Shown: positions 25,901 through 38,806, numbered from the stretch's first letter. The stretch: 53,317 bases of DNA from Kipferlia bialata (GCA_003568945.1 BDIP01000004.1:1-53317), one strand, 5' to 3'. Notes: generated from the sequence alone by a model not told the origin. Made by a program: numbers and translations.

Positions 25901-27296
25901 CCCCACTCTCACAGCACTCCCAACTGACTGGCGGATAGGGGACACTGGTTCTGCCCTGCCGCCGATCAAGGGTACTACTGATACACCCACACCCTCTACG
26001 TCTGGGGTAACCACCCTAGCAACTGGTAGCTCCCCTAGACCCTACACTGGCACCTGCTTCGACATTGCCCTGTTGCGGTGGTACATGTGTGCCCAGGTGG
26101 CCGAGTCTGCCCTCTTCTGTACTATGTACATGCCTGTTGCTGCTGCGCCTGTATCCTATGCCGCCCAGCTGGCATGCCTGGAGTATCTAACCATGGTGCT
26201 GTCTATAGAGGGGGAGAAGGTCGCAGATGGAGAGGCAGAGGCTGCTGAGAAGACTGGCGACGCAGAGGCAGAGTCAGAGACAGGTGGGGACAAGAGCGAG
26301 GTTCCCAGCCTAGTGGGACAGAGGGACAGGCTGATCGATATGATGGTGGGTGTGATGGGTATCAACCCATGTACACCGGAGGAGACAGGACCTGGGTCTG
26401 TACCCCTTGACCCCATGTACGTCACCCCCCTCTACGCCCTGTTCCCCAGTCTACAGTCTGTCCAGACGTCTATGCAGAGGGTACCAACCATGCCTACACA
26501 CCCTGTGCAGCCGGGTACAGACTCTGCACCTGCTGAGGGAGTGGCCCCTGCAGTACCTACCTCTTCCTCTGCTACCCCGCACCGTCTCTCTCTGTCAGAG
26601 GGTGTTACTGAGGCCGATGAGGTAGTGCCCAGGCCACAGAGAGACAGGGAGAGAGAGAGACAGACCTGTCTAGCTCTGGTCAGAGGTGCCTACACCCGTA
26701 TGTGTGACCAGGCTGCCTGTGTGGTGGAGCCTGTCCTGGCCGCACCCTCCATGCCGACCATGCCCTCTGACCCTGCCTCCCCTCCCTCTGCATACACGTG
26801 CACTAGGTGCAGGGCGAGACCCGCAGAGGTGGCGGTGGTGCCATGTGGCCACCTCCTCTGCAGTGCATGCACAGGGAGTGTGGTCAATGTAACTGTAGAG
26901 GCTGGAGCTGGCGGTGTCACTGATACTGACACCCCAGCTAATAAGCCAGCACCCAAGGCCAAGGGGAAGGGGAAGGGAAAGGGGAAGAAGGGGAAGGGAA
27001 AGGGTAAGGGAGGCTCAGCCCCAGCTGTTGATCCAGCCCCTCCCAAGCCTGCCCCCTCCCCCCTCGGTCCCCCCTGTACCTGCGGGGTGTGTAGAGCCTC
27101 AGGCCACGCCACCCCCCTCCCCACCCACCTGGTCACTCTATCCACCTCCTATGCAGCTGGTGTGGAGTCATTAACCAAGTCCTGGGTGGGAGTGCAGTCA
27201 AAGCTGGCCGTGATACTGCAGAACATCAGTGGGCCAGCGCACATGTCCCCTCAGGAGATGGATAACACACCCACTGGCCACACATTGCAATACTAA
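13925..27296 (+). CDS. giant (>3000 aa) multi-exon protein with C-terminal C3HC4 RING finger (putative E3 ligase)
   Basis: More than 20 exons with canonical boundaries, from MAPKSSQRGKHRK to ...TGHTLQY*. The last exon has CTRC-x9-PCGHLLCSAC...CGVC. Phases were checked for the early exons only, so this could be more than one gene. Confidence 0.6.
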
Positions 27297-27487
27297 ATAC
27301 GTCCGTTCGATACTGCATGTATCCAATGCATCTCACTGCTTCTTTGTCTACCTAATACTAGTAACAAACCGATCTATTAATACCGAAGGTCCTGTGACCC
27401 ACCGACTAATGGTGTGTCTCTACCTAAATACCATCTTTGGCTACTCCCTCTCTCTCTCTCTCTCTCTCTCTCCCTGTGTCTTAGAGC

Positions 27488-29412
27488 TTAGATGAGGCCC
27501 CTAGCCTTGGCGTCTGCCATCAGGTGGTCACGGTGCTCGGGGGCAGCGATGTTGATGAGAGCAAGAGCACGCTGCCTGGAGGGTTAGAAGAAAATACATA
27601 GCATGGTTAGAAGGTGTCCACTGTCACAACAATGCTAGTAATGTATAGTGTATACCTGGAGTTGTATCCCCAGAGCTCAGCAATGCCGTGCTCGGTGACA
27701 ACGTAGTCTGCGTGGTACTTGGTGGTCACGACACCGGCACCGGGGGCAAGGTGGTTGACAATGCGAGACTGGCCCTGGGGGTGAGTATATATATGCAGAG
27801 AACAATACTTGTCAGGCTATGTACAGTAACAGACTGTGTCATAATATAGGTAGTTGACAATGCGGGACTGGCCATGGGGGTAAGGGGGGTTATACAGAAA
27901 CAATGGCACTTGAAATACTATATATATATATGTGTATGTGTGTATACATCCACCCCTACCTTGCTAGTGGTGGATGGCAGGGCACAGATGGGCTTGCCTC
28001 CCTTGGACATGGCAGCACCACGCATGAAGTCAAGCTGGGGGTAAGTAGGCAGACAGAACAGTAAGTATGGCAATATGTAGATATACTAACCTGTCCTCCG
28101 ACGCCAGACCAGAACTTGTCACCAATGGAATCAGCCACAATCTGGCCTGTGATGTCAACCTCAATGGCACCGTTGATGGCGATGAAGTTGTCGTTCTGGG
28201 CCACGACATAGGGGTCGTTGGAGTAGTCGACAGTTCTGGGGGGTGAGACTGGGAGCACTATAGAATATATATACATATATATATACATATAAATACTCAC
28301 CTGAAGTTGACGTAGTTGTTGTCATCGACAAAGTCGTACAGGGCCTCAGAGCCAAAGGCAAAGGAGCACAGCACCTTGCCGGGGAGGACGGCCTACAGGG
28401 TCAGGGTATATGTATGTGTGTGTGTATACTATATGTGGTATACACACAATACCTTGTGCTCGTTTGTGACTGCACCGGCCTTGACCAGGTCACACACACC
28501 CTCAGACAGCATCTCAGTGTGCACACCAAGGCCCTGGGGTTGGTAATGTATATATATATCAAATAATTAATTATGCACACCAGGCCGGTTGTGGGGACGA
28601 GGAAGCCGTCACTTGAGAGAGGTGACCTCTCTCAGAGGTGACACCTACCGTCTATATATATACACTCCATACCTTGTGGCCCTTGAGGTTGGCCAGGGCG
28701 TTGTCGGGCACAGCTCCGAATCCAACCTGGGGGTAAGGAACGCTATGATGTTCAACACACTGCAGCTCTACTATTCTCTCACTTCCCAATATACCACCAC
28801 ATACACACATATATAAATACACCTGCAGACAGGCGTTGTCGGGGATGAGGGATGCAATGTTCTTTCCAATGGCAGCCTGGACATCGGTGGGGGGGGCTGG
28901 GGGTGAGAAAGGGGGGGGGGAGCACGAGAATACTATATTAATATATATGAACAGTATATCCTATCCCCTGGCACAGAGTGCCTGGCAAAGTCCTTATCAC
29001 ACACACATATGAAAGACACATATAAGGTAACTATAATAATACCATATCAGCTCGTACCTCCTGGCACAGAGTGCCTTGCAAAGTCCTCGTGGCACATGGC
29101 GTCGAACTGGCTGACATGCACCATGGAGTCACCCAGGGTACGGGGGTAGTTGTCGTTGATGACAGCAATCACCTGGGGGTGAGTACATATTACAAGCACA
29201 GGTACTATCCACATATTAGTGATCTGGGGGACTTGGGGGGTGGTTAATAAGTATATGTGTGTGAATATCTATCTATATACCTTCTTAGCGCTGCGCACTG
29301 CCTGCAGGGTGGCCACCACTGAGGTACCCAGGGACACAAAGCCGTGCTTGTCGGGGGTGGAGACCTGCACCATGGCCACATCGATGGGGAACCTTATGTA
29401 AAGTAGATAGTC

Positions 29413-29458
<46 letters not shown>

Positions 29459-29516
29459 ACCATGGCCACATCGATGGGGAACCTGGGGGTGAGGTAGCAT
29501 ACACATATATACTAAG

Positions 29517-29547
<31 letters not shown>

Positions 29548-29671
29548 GTCACATCGATGGGGAACCTGGGTAAGAGAGGGCTACACATAAACCCGATACA
29601 CAGCAGTCCATATCCACCCACCTGTCACTCCTGATGAGCTTGGGGATCTCAGACAGGAAGCAGGGGGTCCA
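27488..29671 (-). CDS. acetate:succinate CoA-transferase 1B / 4-hydroxybutyrate CoA-transferase family (5' ~100 codons missing)
   Basis: Spliced peptides WTPCFLSEIPKLI, FPIDVAMVQVSTPDKHGFVSLGTSV, DYSNDPYVVAQNDNFIAINGAIEVDITGQIVADSIGDKFWSGVGGQLDFMRGA, SRIVNHLAPGAGVVTTKYHADYVVTEHGIAELWG, RALALINIAAPEHRDHL. These are the acetyl-CoA hydrolase/transferase signature. Confidence 0.92.
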
Positions 29672-29873
29672 CTGGGTGAGGGGTGATATGGGGGGGGGGG
29701 GGGGGGGGGGTTTCACAACAACAAATGTTGTCTCTTCTCCCTCCAATACTCTCATTTCTGAGACTTGGAAAGTTGAAGTGTACATTGTATATAGATATGC
29801 ATTATTATATGGGTAATTATTCCCGCACTCCAAGTAATTGTATCCTTCCACTCTATATGGATACTAACTCTAG

Positions 29874-31765
29874 GTCTTGGCAAGTTGAAGTGTGCAAACT
29901 CCCTCAGGGACAGGGCTGGGCACTACTACAGGTATTGATCCCTGTATATAACAAGTGTCTAAGATATGGTAGTTGTATCTACTGCATCCGCCAATATGTA
30001 CTAATTTCGTCGGCAACAGGCTCTTCTGATACCGTCCCATATATTCATTCACTCACCCGTACATGTATATACATATACATATATATGTGTATCTGAATCT
30101 GTGTCTTCTCACGCCACAGGGAGGGCATATGGCACAGGGCAAGTGCCCTCTATGAGAGAGCATACGAGGTGATAGGTGAGTGGACTTGTGCATTATTGTG
30201 GATCATATGTGTGTACTCCATGTCTTTGTCTCTTCCTTACAGTGACATGGATGCCTGATGTCTCTGTCCCCCTATATTTGTGTGCTATTGAATATGTAGT
30301 GGCATCTCTTACCCCTTAGAGACCACCCTGCATGAGGATGCCCAGGGTGCTGTAGTCTCTCTCTCTCAGTCTCTGTATGTATGTATACAATATGTGTGTA
30401 TCTATCTCACCCTCTAGAGACCACTCTGCACGAGGATGCCCAGGGTCAGACACAGGGATACAGGGACACAGTGCACAGACTGAGGTAGTGGTACCTATCG
30501 CGTACTCTCTGTATATCTGTCCCTCTATCTCTATCACCACACCAGTATAGCATATATTTCAATCGTTCTCCGTCTAACTTCAGGGCCCGCCTAAACAGCG
30601 TATCTATCTCTCCAGTATCCTATGTACGAACACACACACACATGTATATGATTACAAGTATATATAGTATACATATATACAATGCTGACTTCAGAGCCAC
30701 TCTCCACAGCAACAGGGCAGCCTGTCTGATGAACCTATCAGAGTATAGAGAGGCAGAGGTATGCATAGTGTGTGTGTACAGATAGGAATATATTGTATCC
30801 ATCACCAGACAGATACATAGTTTCGATTATGTATTCATTGAGACACGGGTTTCTACTTATACTTCAGATTGAGTCCAAGAAGGGCATTGAGGAGATTGAC
30901 CCCATCATAGTTGCCCTGCACAAGGAGAGGCAGAGAGAGATTGAGGGAAGGGTGGAGTATCTGGACGAGGATACAGAGGAGGAGAGTGATAAGGGTGCAG
31001 CAGACTCTGTGTCTGAGGAGGAGACACCTCCCGAAGAGGCAGAGGGAGAGAGAGAGGGGGAGGCAGAGACAGTGACTGAGGGAGAGACTGTGGTCACTAG
31101 ACTGTGTGACACACTGGCCCAGACACTGCCAGAGACTGATATGCTCAGGTATGTATGTAACTATCATGTGTATACTCAGTTTCCGGATTACACTGCGACA
31201 CATTGAGGTATTAGACCGAAATTGATTGATATATCTCTCTTTCCAGACTCTTCCCTTCTCAAACTCTAGGCACAAGCTGTACATGAGGCGGAGCAAGGCA
31301 CTGGTCAGGCTAAGTACGTTACATGTGCAAATACATACACTTTTATGTTTCCAGTGCTCATGTGTACCTCTCTCTCTATATGGATGCAATGGAGCATACT
31401 TATGGCAACCGATTTGTATACTAATACCCTTGTTCCATCTCATACTAGGTTTACTAAATAGTGTTTAATTTAAGCTCATGCTAGGTCTGTATGAGGAGGC
31501 GCTAGAAGTGTTAAACCCAATGGACAAACATGATGGAGGAGTGAATTGCGAGATATGCACTGAGGTATTGGACTCGTATCCCGGCAGTGTCTGGGCTATT
31601 ATGTCGTCGTTGCTCTTACTATTCTCGGTGGGTTTCTCCTCCTGTGTTGACTCACTTCTCACCTTCTCGCCCTTGTGTTATTTCCACTGTATCTCACCCC
31701 AGTTGGATTTGGCTGGGTGGATAGCCAGGGTCAATGCCAAGATACAGAGAAAGAGGAAGAAATAG
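29874..31765 (+). CDS. TPR-repeat protein (5' end missing)
   Basis: Exons give ANSLRDRAGHYYR-EGIWHRASALYERAYE, ATLHSNRAACLMNLSEYREAE, KLYMRRSKALVR-LGLYEEALEVL, which is a three-TPR pattern. Ends ...IQRKRKK*. Confidence 0.7.
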
Positions 31766-32437
31766 ATTTCCCTTAATGGACCATTAAGTTAATGGTAGAG
31801 GTCCGGAGAGTCTAGTTACCATTCCATCATGGTATTTCTTCCCTTTACCCCACCAATTTCCCATATATAGCCTTCATCACATACCACACACTCTTAGACA
31901 CTGAATAGACTCACAGTGGCCTTGCTAGAGGCGCCACAGGGTGTTGGAAGGGGCGAAGGATAGACAACCCCATTCGAGTGGTGGATATAGACACCCAATT
32001 CAACAAGAAAGAAGAGCGAGAGTGGGAGGGGGGGGGGGGGGGGGTTATACATATTTCCTTAGTGGTGTGAGACTCATACTATGAGTGATGATACTACTTC
32101 GGGGTGGGGGGGGATGTTATCCACGGCAAAGAGTGTGCTAATATCCCACACGTAGTACAGGTACAACCCAATACTGACTGGGATATAGAGTTCGTATATT
32201 AGAGTGATCCTCTCCCAACCCCCCTACCATCTATATCCCACACCATACCTGAGTGTATCCAATCCTGTTTGGCGGAGGATATCGAGAGTCCTCTAGGGAT
32301 TCACCGACCTGGCTAGCAGAGAAGTGAGTCTTAGTCCCCCACTGAATCAGTGTCGGAAAGAAACGGTATATTCAAAAATGATTCGGAATCATTGATTGAT
32401 TGATTCATTGATAATGCACTCCTTTCTACCCTCAGTG

Positions 32438-33198
32438 ATGTCTGCCCCCGTGTACTGTCGGGACCTGCCCCACATAGACACTGATGTGTGCATCAGGTGT
32501 CACTCGTGTGTGAGGGAGTGCCCTAGCAAGGTGGGTGGTGGTATATCATATACCATATACTGTATCATATACCATATGCTATATGGAACCTGTAGCACTG
32601 GGCTGGCAGCTGGATGCATGTATATATGTGTATATATGTGTATACATATCATTCCGACAGATTCAATATGGATGCTGGGTCACATCAATCATATGTAGTT
32701 GTCAAATGTGGGATGAGAGGACACATCCCATCTGTGTCTGGATATATATGTATGTGCCATACACACCCCACCCCAGGTGTTCAGTGTGGGTGACGACAAG
32801 GCTGTCTCAGTCAAGGCAGAGAATGACTGCATATCCTGTGGCCACTGTGCTGCAGTGTGTCCCCCAGGTACACAATCCACATACGATACTGTATATATAT
32901 ATATATTCACATATGGATACAGTTAGATACTATATATATATATATATATGTGTATTCATATGGAACTAATACACGCACACTTATATATCAGTGTATCAAT
33001 CGGGACACTCTCTCTCACACTCAAATAACATATACATACATATGCATATGTACTGATACACATAAGGCGACAGTGGCGCACCGTTCTATCCCCCCCCCCC
33101 TCTCCCTCTCTCCCTCTTTCCCTCTCTCCCTCTCACCCCGAGGTGCCATATCCATGTTTGGAGGAGTACCAGAGAGGCTGCCCAATACCAGGTATTGA
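32438..33198 (+). CDS. 2[4Fe-4S] ferredoxin module, either stand-alone or the N-terminus of a ferredoxin-nitroreductase
   Basis: Three exons: MSAPVYCRDLPHIDTDVCIRCHSCVRECPSK / VFSVGDDKAVSVKAENDCISCGHCAAVCPP / GAISMFGGVPERLPNTR. Two CxxCxxCxxxCP motifs. The end reads either as donor AG|gtattg or as R-Y-stop. Confidence 0.8.
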
Positions 33199-33374
33199 TT
33201 CAATGGTGCATCGGTGTGTGTGGTCTATCACCATAGGCAATATATATATAATGTGTATATCTAAATACAAATATATATATTTTATAGACGCTCTATGTCC
33301 TTGTTACATATCGAAGCAGAGTACCAGTGCTAGTATACATGTATTGCAGTAGTGTTTCTATTTGTACTTGGTTA

Positions 33375-33375
<1 letters not shown>

Positions 33376-33406
<31 letters not shown>

Positions 33407-33413
33407 ACCCCCC
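33376..33413. repeat. long poly-C homopolymer at a gene-gene junction
   Basis: Over 30 C. Comparable G/C runs at ~4464-4508, 12093-12115, 29690-29710, 35283-35325, 39571-39590 and 39820-39837. Confidence 0.95.
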
Positions 33414-33435
33414 CTCTCTCTCCGACACCATACCA

Positions 33436-35271
33436 TGTAAGGGAGTGCCCCTCCATACCTTGGCCTTCTTGTCCTTGGCCGTCCTGTCAGCCACCGCCTT
33501 CCTCTTCTTCTGGGGGGCATCCTGGGATAAGGCAGCAGGTGTGTACAGACATCCACATAAACAGATGCAACAGGGTATATACCAATCAGAGCCCCCACCT
33601 CGAAAGATATGTCTGTCCTCAGTCCAAGACTGGATGTGTTCCTGAGGTCTGTGGTCTCCTCGCTGTCCGTGGCCTCCATGCCTGGGGGGTTGGGGGGAGG
33701 AGGTTACATACGTGATCACATGTGGTATTGCTATGTACCGCCTCTACCTGTTGCCTGTCTGAGGGGTGACTCCATGAGGCCTGTGACCCCACTGGGCATG
33801 TCGGTCATGCCAAGGTCTGGGGGGTGAGGGGTGGGGGGGGTAGGGTCCATATAGATATCTATATACATCTATCCCCACCTGTGTCAATGGCCATGTGATA
33901 TACTATCATTGATACCACACACTATACTATATATCTGTGAGTATGTATACCCATACTACATCTGTCCCCACCTGTGTCCATGGCCATGTCGTCATACCCC
34001 TGCATGCCCATGTCCATGTCAACCAGGGGTGGTAGGTCCATGTCAGTGGAGTCAAGCTCCATGTCAGAGGCTGGGGTCAGGGGGGGGGGAGAAGGAGAGA
34101 GAGAGAGAGAGATGAATGACTTAGTGTCCATCCAGTGATATACACATATTCACACTTCCACCCACCTCTGACCTCACTCCTGGTGCTGTGTACCGACAGA
34201 GACCTGGCCTCCTCCATGGCCTGTACGGAGTCGGGGGTGGCACCAGGGAGGAGGTTCAGCCTGGGGTGGGTAAGGGTAGCGATAGATGGTTAACAGTTAG
34301 TAGCACAATGGGTCATAGAGGTTGAGGAGGTACAACCTGGGGTATGGTTAAGGGAGGAGTAAGGTGAGGCTTAGATACAGTTAGCAAGGGGGTCCAACGC
34401 ATGGTCGAGTAAATGAGTATGTATTGAGGTCGGCTATAAATGTAAGTCTCTCTATATATATGCATAACTACCTAGGCTTCCCCACCACCCCTCCTGCGAG
34501 TCCGATAACTCCCTCCTGGGAGTCCAGGCCACCCAAGATGTCACCGTCAGACTGGTCTGATAGGGTGAGAGGGGGGTAGAGAGATAGCGAAGAGGTGTAG
34601 TGACACAGAGAGACTATATGATATGACACCCCCCACATACCGACTGACTTCTCCGTCATATCGTCATAGTCGCCAAAGGCATCAATCTCCATGTCGTACA
34701 GCTGGTCCATGATGGTGGTGGCCCCCCCAAACTGAGAGCCTGGGTGAGGGGGGGGGGGAAGAGATATAGACAGTGTACACAGTGTGAGACAGCTGGTGTA
34801 TATGCACTCCACTCCCATACCTCCTGTGTCGACGTTTGTCCTGCCTGGGGTGCTGCCGAACATGGGGGTGGACCCAGTGGCCTGGCTGTGGCTGGGGGGT
34901 GAGGCATTAATGATACTCATATACCATATGTATAGTTGTGGCAAGGGGGGGGGGGGTATACAACATGGTTACATATGGTATAAACACAATAGCATCTCGG
35001 TTCCACCCACCTGAGCATGTCGCTGAGAGGCTCGTTCATCATCCTGATGAGCTCAGCATCGGCCTGGGGTGAGAGAGATAGGCTAGAGGAAGGGGGGGGG
35101 GGGTAATTCCCAAACTGTACATTCATATGAATGCCCACATGAGTGCATAATATACATGGACTATATATATCCACATATCCATACACACATGCCCTCACCT
35201 GTGTGGCCAGGCCGTCCATGGTGGGCAGAGGCACAGTCACGTCCTGCACCCTAGCCTTGGTGGTCTGGGAC
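33436..35271 (-). CDS. internal fragment of a D/M/G-rich disordered protein, possibly the central region of a Rad21/Rec8 kleisin
   Basis: About 10 short exons (KARVQDVTVP..., DQLYDMEIDAFGDYDDM, DMDLPPLVDMDMGM, DAPQKKRKAVAD). Neither kleisin terminal domain is present, and both ends abut poly-G/C tracts. Confidence 0.4.
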
Positions 35272-35361
35272 CTGGGTCAGAAGGGGGGGGGGGGGGGGGA
35301 AAAGGGGGCGGGGGGGGGGGGGGGATGAAGAGGAACGCAAGGTGTAATATGTGCATCACAC

Positions 35362-35833
35362 CTAAGGCAGAGGCTGCTCGCAGCCTAGGGCCCAAGCGCC
35401 CTTCTGGGGGAAGAACAGCCAGAATCCCCTTGTCCTCAATGCAGTTCAGACACTTGGCACATGCCTGGAATCAAAGAAGTGGGGGGGGGGGGTATCCAAT
35501 AGGATATATGGTCTCTCAGAATGCAAATAATACAGAATACAACAAATCACAGTGGCCATACAGAGTTTCATACAACTTGATATTCATGACTTCATCGGTA
35601 TGGGTGCATAGTGACTGATCCCGCATCCCCAAAGGAGACATACCTCATAGAGCAGACCCCCGTCAAAGTCGTCTATGTACCCCGACTCTGGAGTCGGCCT
35701 GGGTTAGCTGACGGAACCAGTACATAGTATGGACAATTGAACAGTAGCAAAAACACAAAATGAAAGTGTCCACGTACGCTCCAATGGATGCAAGCTGCAT
35801 ACATATGATGTTGTCAACATCGACCCCTGCCAT
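35362..35833 (-). CDS. 5' exons of a hypothetical protein
   Basis: Exons MAGVDVDNI / PTPESGYIDDFDGGLLYE / ACAKCLNCIEDKGILAVLPPEGRLGPRLRAASAL with GT/AG boundaries, followed by poly-G at 35283-35325. Confidence 0.4.
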
Positions 35834-36037
35834 AGAATCCTACTCAGGTAAAGCAGAGACAGCTCGAGAGTCCTTGGTTGCCAGACCTCTTTGCACTTTT
35901 TTGACAGAAGGGTTCGAGCAGTGGTCACTCTCACTTCTCTTACCAAAGGGTCCACTCCAATAAATCGTCTCTCTCTCTCTCTCTTACCCACCTATCATAT
36001 CAGTTACTGTGTCTTGTCTCCGTAATAGTCACAGGGT

Positions 36038-38806
36038 ATGGGGGGTACTCTCCACCAGGGTAGTAGTGCAGACGGGGATCCCTCTAACGAGCGTGTAGAC
36101 AGCGAAGCCTGGCGTGTATACAAGGATGTACCGATCCGTCCTGCCAGTAGGTGTGTGGGGTCTTACTTGCTCTCTTTCCCCCCCCTCTCTGGGTTGTGAG
36201 CTACAATATATCCATCTCACCGTAGGTATCTTGTCCTGGTTGTGGACATGGGCGAGTCTCTTTCCAAGAATGACTTCAAACCCTCGAGGTATTGTTTGTA
36301 GTTGTTACTGGTGATGGTTGTACTGATATGTTTTTGGACTGTCTGCTGGATTCCGTCTTCCTGTAATCCCGTGTGTGGGAGTATATGTGGGAGTCACCTG
36401 TGTTTCGGTGTGTTGCTCTGACATCTAGGGGACAGGTCATTAGCAAGTGCCTTGAGGCCTTTCTCAAGCGATTCTTTGCTCTAAACCCGGTATCTCATGT
36501 ACGTGACTCCGGTCAAGCAGATGGTGGAGCGAGATGTTGACCCTCTCTCTGTTGTGTCTGACAGCTGACCCTTATTCCAGGTGTGTCTGATTGGGTTGTG
36601 GGACAGTGCGGCCCATGTCCTCTGTGAGTTCGGGTCCCCCCTGCACGGTACGGCATACCCTCAGATCACATACCCACGCCCGGACATACGCTCTCTGTCA
36701 CGACAGTGTCATTCATTTCTTCTCGCATCTCGGCCCTCATATTCCAGACCTGCGCCATGCTCTGGCCAATGACATGAGGGGCAGTGGCCATGTCTCCCTC
36801 GAACTGGGTGAGATATCATGTCAATTGATACACTATGATATCAATCCCTGTACACTATAGTATTGATACCAAGGACTCTCCGTTGCTAGGTCGCAACTAT
36901 CTCTCGCCCCATCATTCCCCAGCAAAGAGATATTGGTCATATACAGCGGGTATGTATAGTATTGAGTTATATGTTGGAATTGTTGTCTCGATATGGGTAG
37001 ATGGGTGTCCAAATCCCCGGTTCACTGTCAGCATATTCACAGAGGACCCTCCCAGGTCTAGTGCGTCTGATACAAAGGAGGTGGGCTTCATGTGTGGAAC
37101 TGTGCATATGGATATACGTATGTGTATGTACCTTCCCATTCTGGTAGTTGTGTATGCCTCTTTGTACAGAGGGGGCCAATACAGGTGTACTACGCAGCCT
37201 GTCATTTATGATTGTGTCGTCGATACTGGTTATTGTCCTTCATACCGGTACACTTGGAGGCACATGTCTCCCAGCAGATGATGATGTGATTGCATCCTGC
37301 CCTTACCACCCAGGACGCGTCTGTATCCATCTCCGGGGTGTCTCTGGGCCCTGCGCTTCTCTTCATGAGAAGTCTCACGGAGGCACACCGGGGCACATAC
37401 GGTACGGGGGAGATGTACACGCATGCATGGCTTCAGTTAGATATGTGCTCCTGTGGTTGTGTATAGGGTACTTTCAAATTCTGACCCCAGTGACGGCCTC
37501 TGCCCAGCCTGAGCTTCTGGACGCCCTGCTCTGCCACGCCCCCCCTCCCACACCCGATGCACACACACACAGAGACAGGTATGGGCAGTATCTATGCGCA
37601 CTTTTACACACAAGCGGTAGTAGTTTGTGTGGTCGTGTTGATGTGTCACTATTGTGCTGAATTCGTTTGCAATTGGGTAGAACTGTAGATGTGACCCTGA
37701 GTCTTCTGATGTCAGGGTCGTCTCTTTGGTGAGGGCTGGCTTCCCTGGTCGCACAGTGATGCAGACCCCCACTTTGTGTGCATGCCACGGCAAGGCAGTA
37801 TATGCACACTACAAGTGCCCGAGGTATGTATCACATGGGGATCATGTAATTTGTTCTTGAATGCATATTCATATGACAGACAGCCAATATCACTAATAAC
37901 TAACATTTTATGTTGGCGTATACTCACACCCTTACATGCTCAGGTGTTATGCCTCCCTTTGTCACGGTAACACCATGTGTCCCGTATGTGGAATGTCTCT
38001 GTTCCTAGCCCCTTTTCTCAGGAGGGCACAGCAAGTCATCCTCCCTGCCCCCGTGTTTGACCCCCTCACGCCCGCTGATCCCTCTCTCCCTCTCCCTGCT
38101 AAGCGGTCCTCTGCTGGCCCTTCGAAGACGTTGACGTTATCGGGTCCCTCCGATGGGGCGGGACCTGTAAACTTGTTGGAGACGGTTAGTAGCAGTTTGA
38201 ATAGTGTCAGCCTATCTATATTTATGCTGCTCTATCTATTTGTGGCAGGCATAACATACATATACCCTTACTCATATCTAGGCGCCACCCCAGCCTCAGC
38301 CCCAGAGCGCCCTGTCAGGCTCTGCCCTGTCAGGCTCTGCCCTGTCAATGGCTAGGGCACGGCCAAAGGCTAAGACCAAGGTGGGATTGATATACATACA
38401 TACATACACGCGCTATTGGCCGTGCCCACTCTGCATTAGATTACTGCAGACAGTGGTACACATGGATGCAGAGGACGTGGCTAATTGGGTGTCCCTGGGT
38501 GTCCATGTACCAGAGCCACCGCCATGCCCTCACCCCAGGCTCCTGTCGAGTGTGCCATGTGCCAGCACCGGCCCTCCTCCGACACGGAGGGTGCTGCCTA
38601 TGCCACGTGCAGAGAGTGCAAGGTGGGTGACTATAGTGGGTATTTGGCATTCTCATTCTACCTTCCGTCCTGTGTTGATTGGTGGGTGTGGTGTAACATA
38701 ACACGGCCCCCTCCCTTTCTCTGTTCTGACCCAGACCGTCCTCTGTTGCCACTGCGTGTCACTGAGCCTGGACCTCCTGCAGATGTGTCCACACTGCGGG
38801 GCATGA
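36038..38806 (+). CDS. SSL1: TFIIH subunit p44 (Ssl1/GTF2H2)
   Basis: vWA start RYLVLVVDMGESLSKNDFKPSR and FLKRFFALNPVSH. C4 zinc region LVRAGFP...LCACH...YKCPRCYASLC...CPVCGMSLFLAPFLRRA. C-terminal C1-like CAMC...CREC...LCCHC...LQMCPHC. Confidence 0.9.

Noticed and set aside
5038..27145. Long antisense ORFs (e.g. 5038-5994, 20106-20972, 17033-17734)
   Set aside because: Shadow frames of GC-rich sense exons, with S/P/L-rich mirror composition.
13925..27296. RNF213/mysterin assignment for the giant RING gene
   Set aside because: No Walker A/B AAA+ motifs recognisable by eye.
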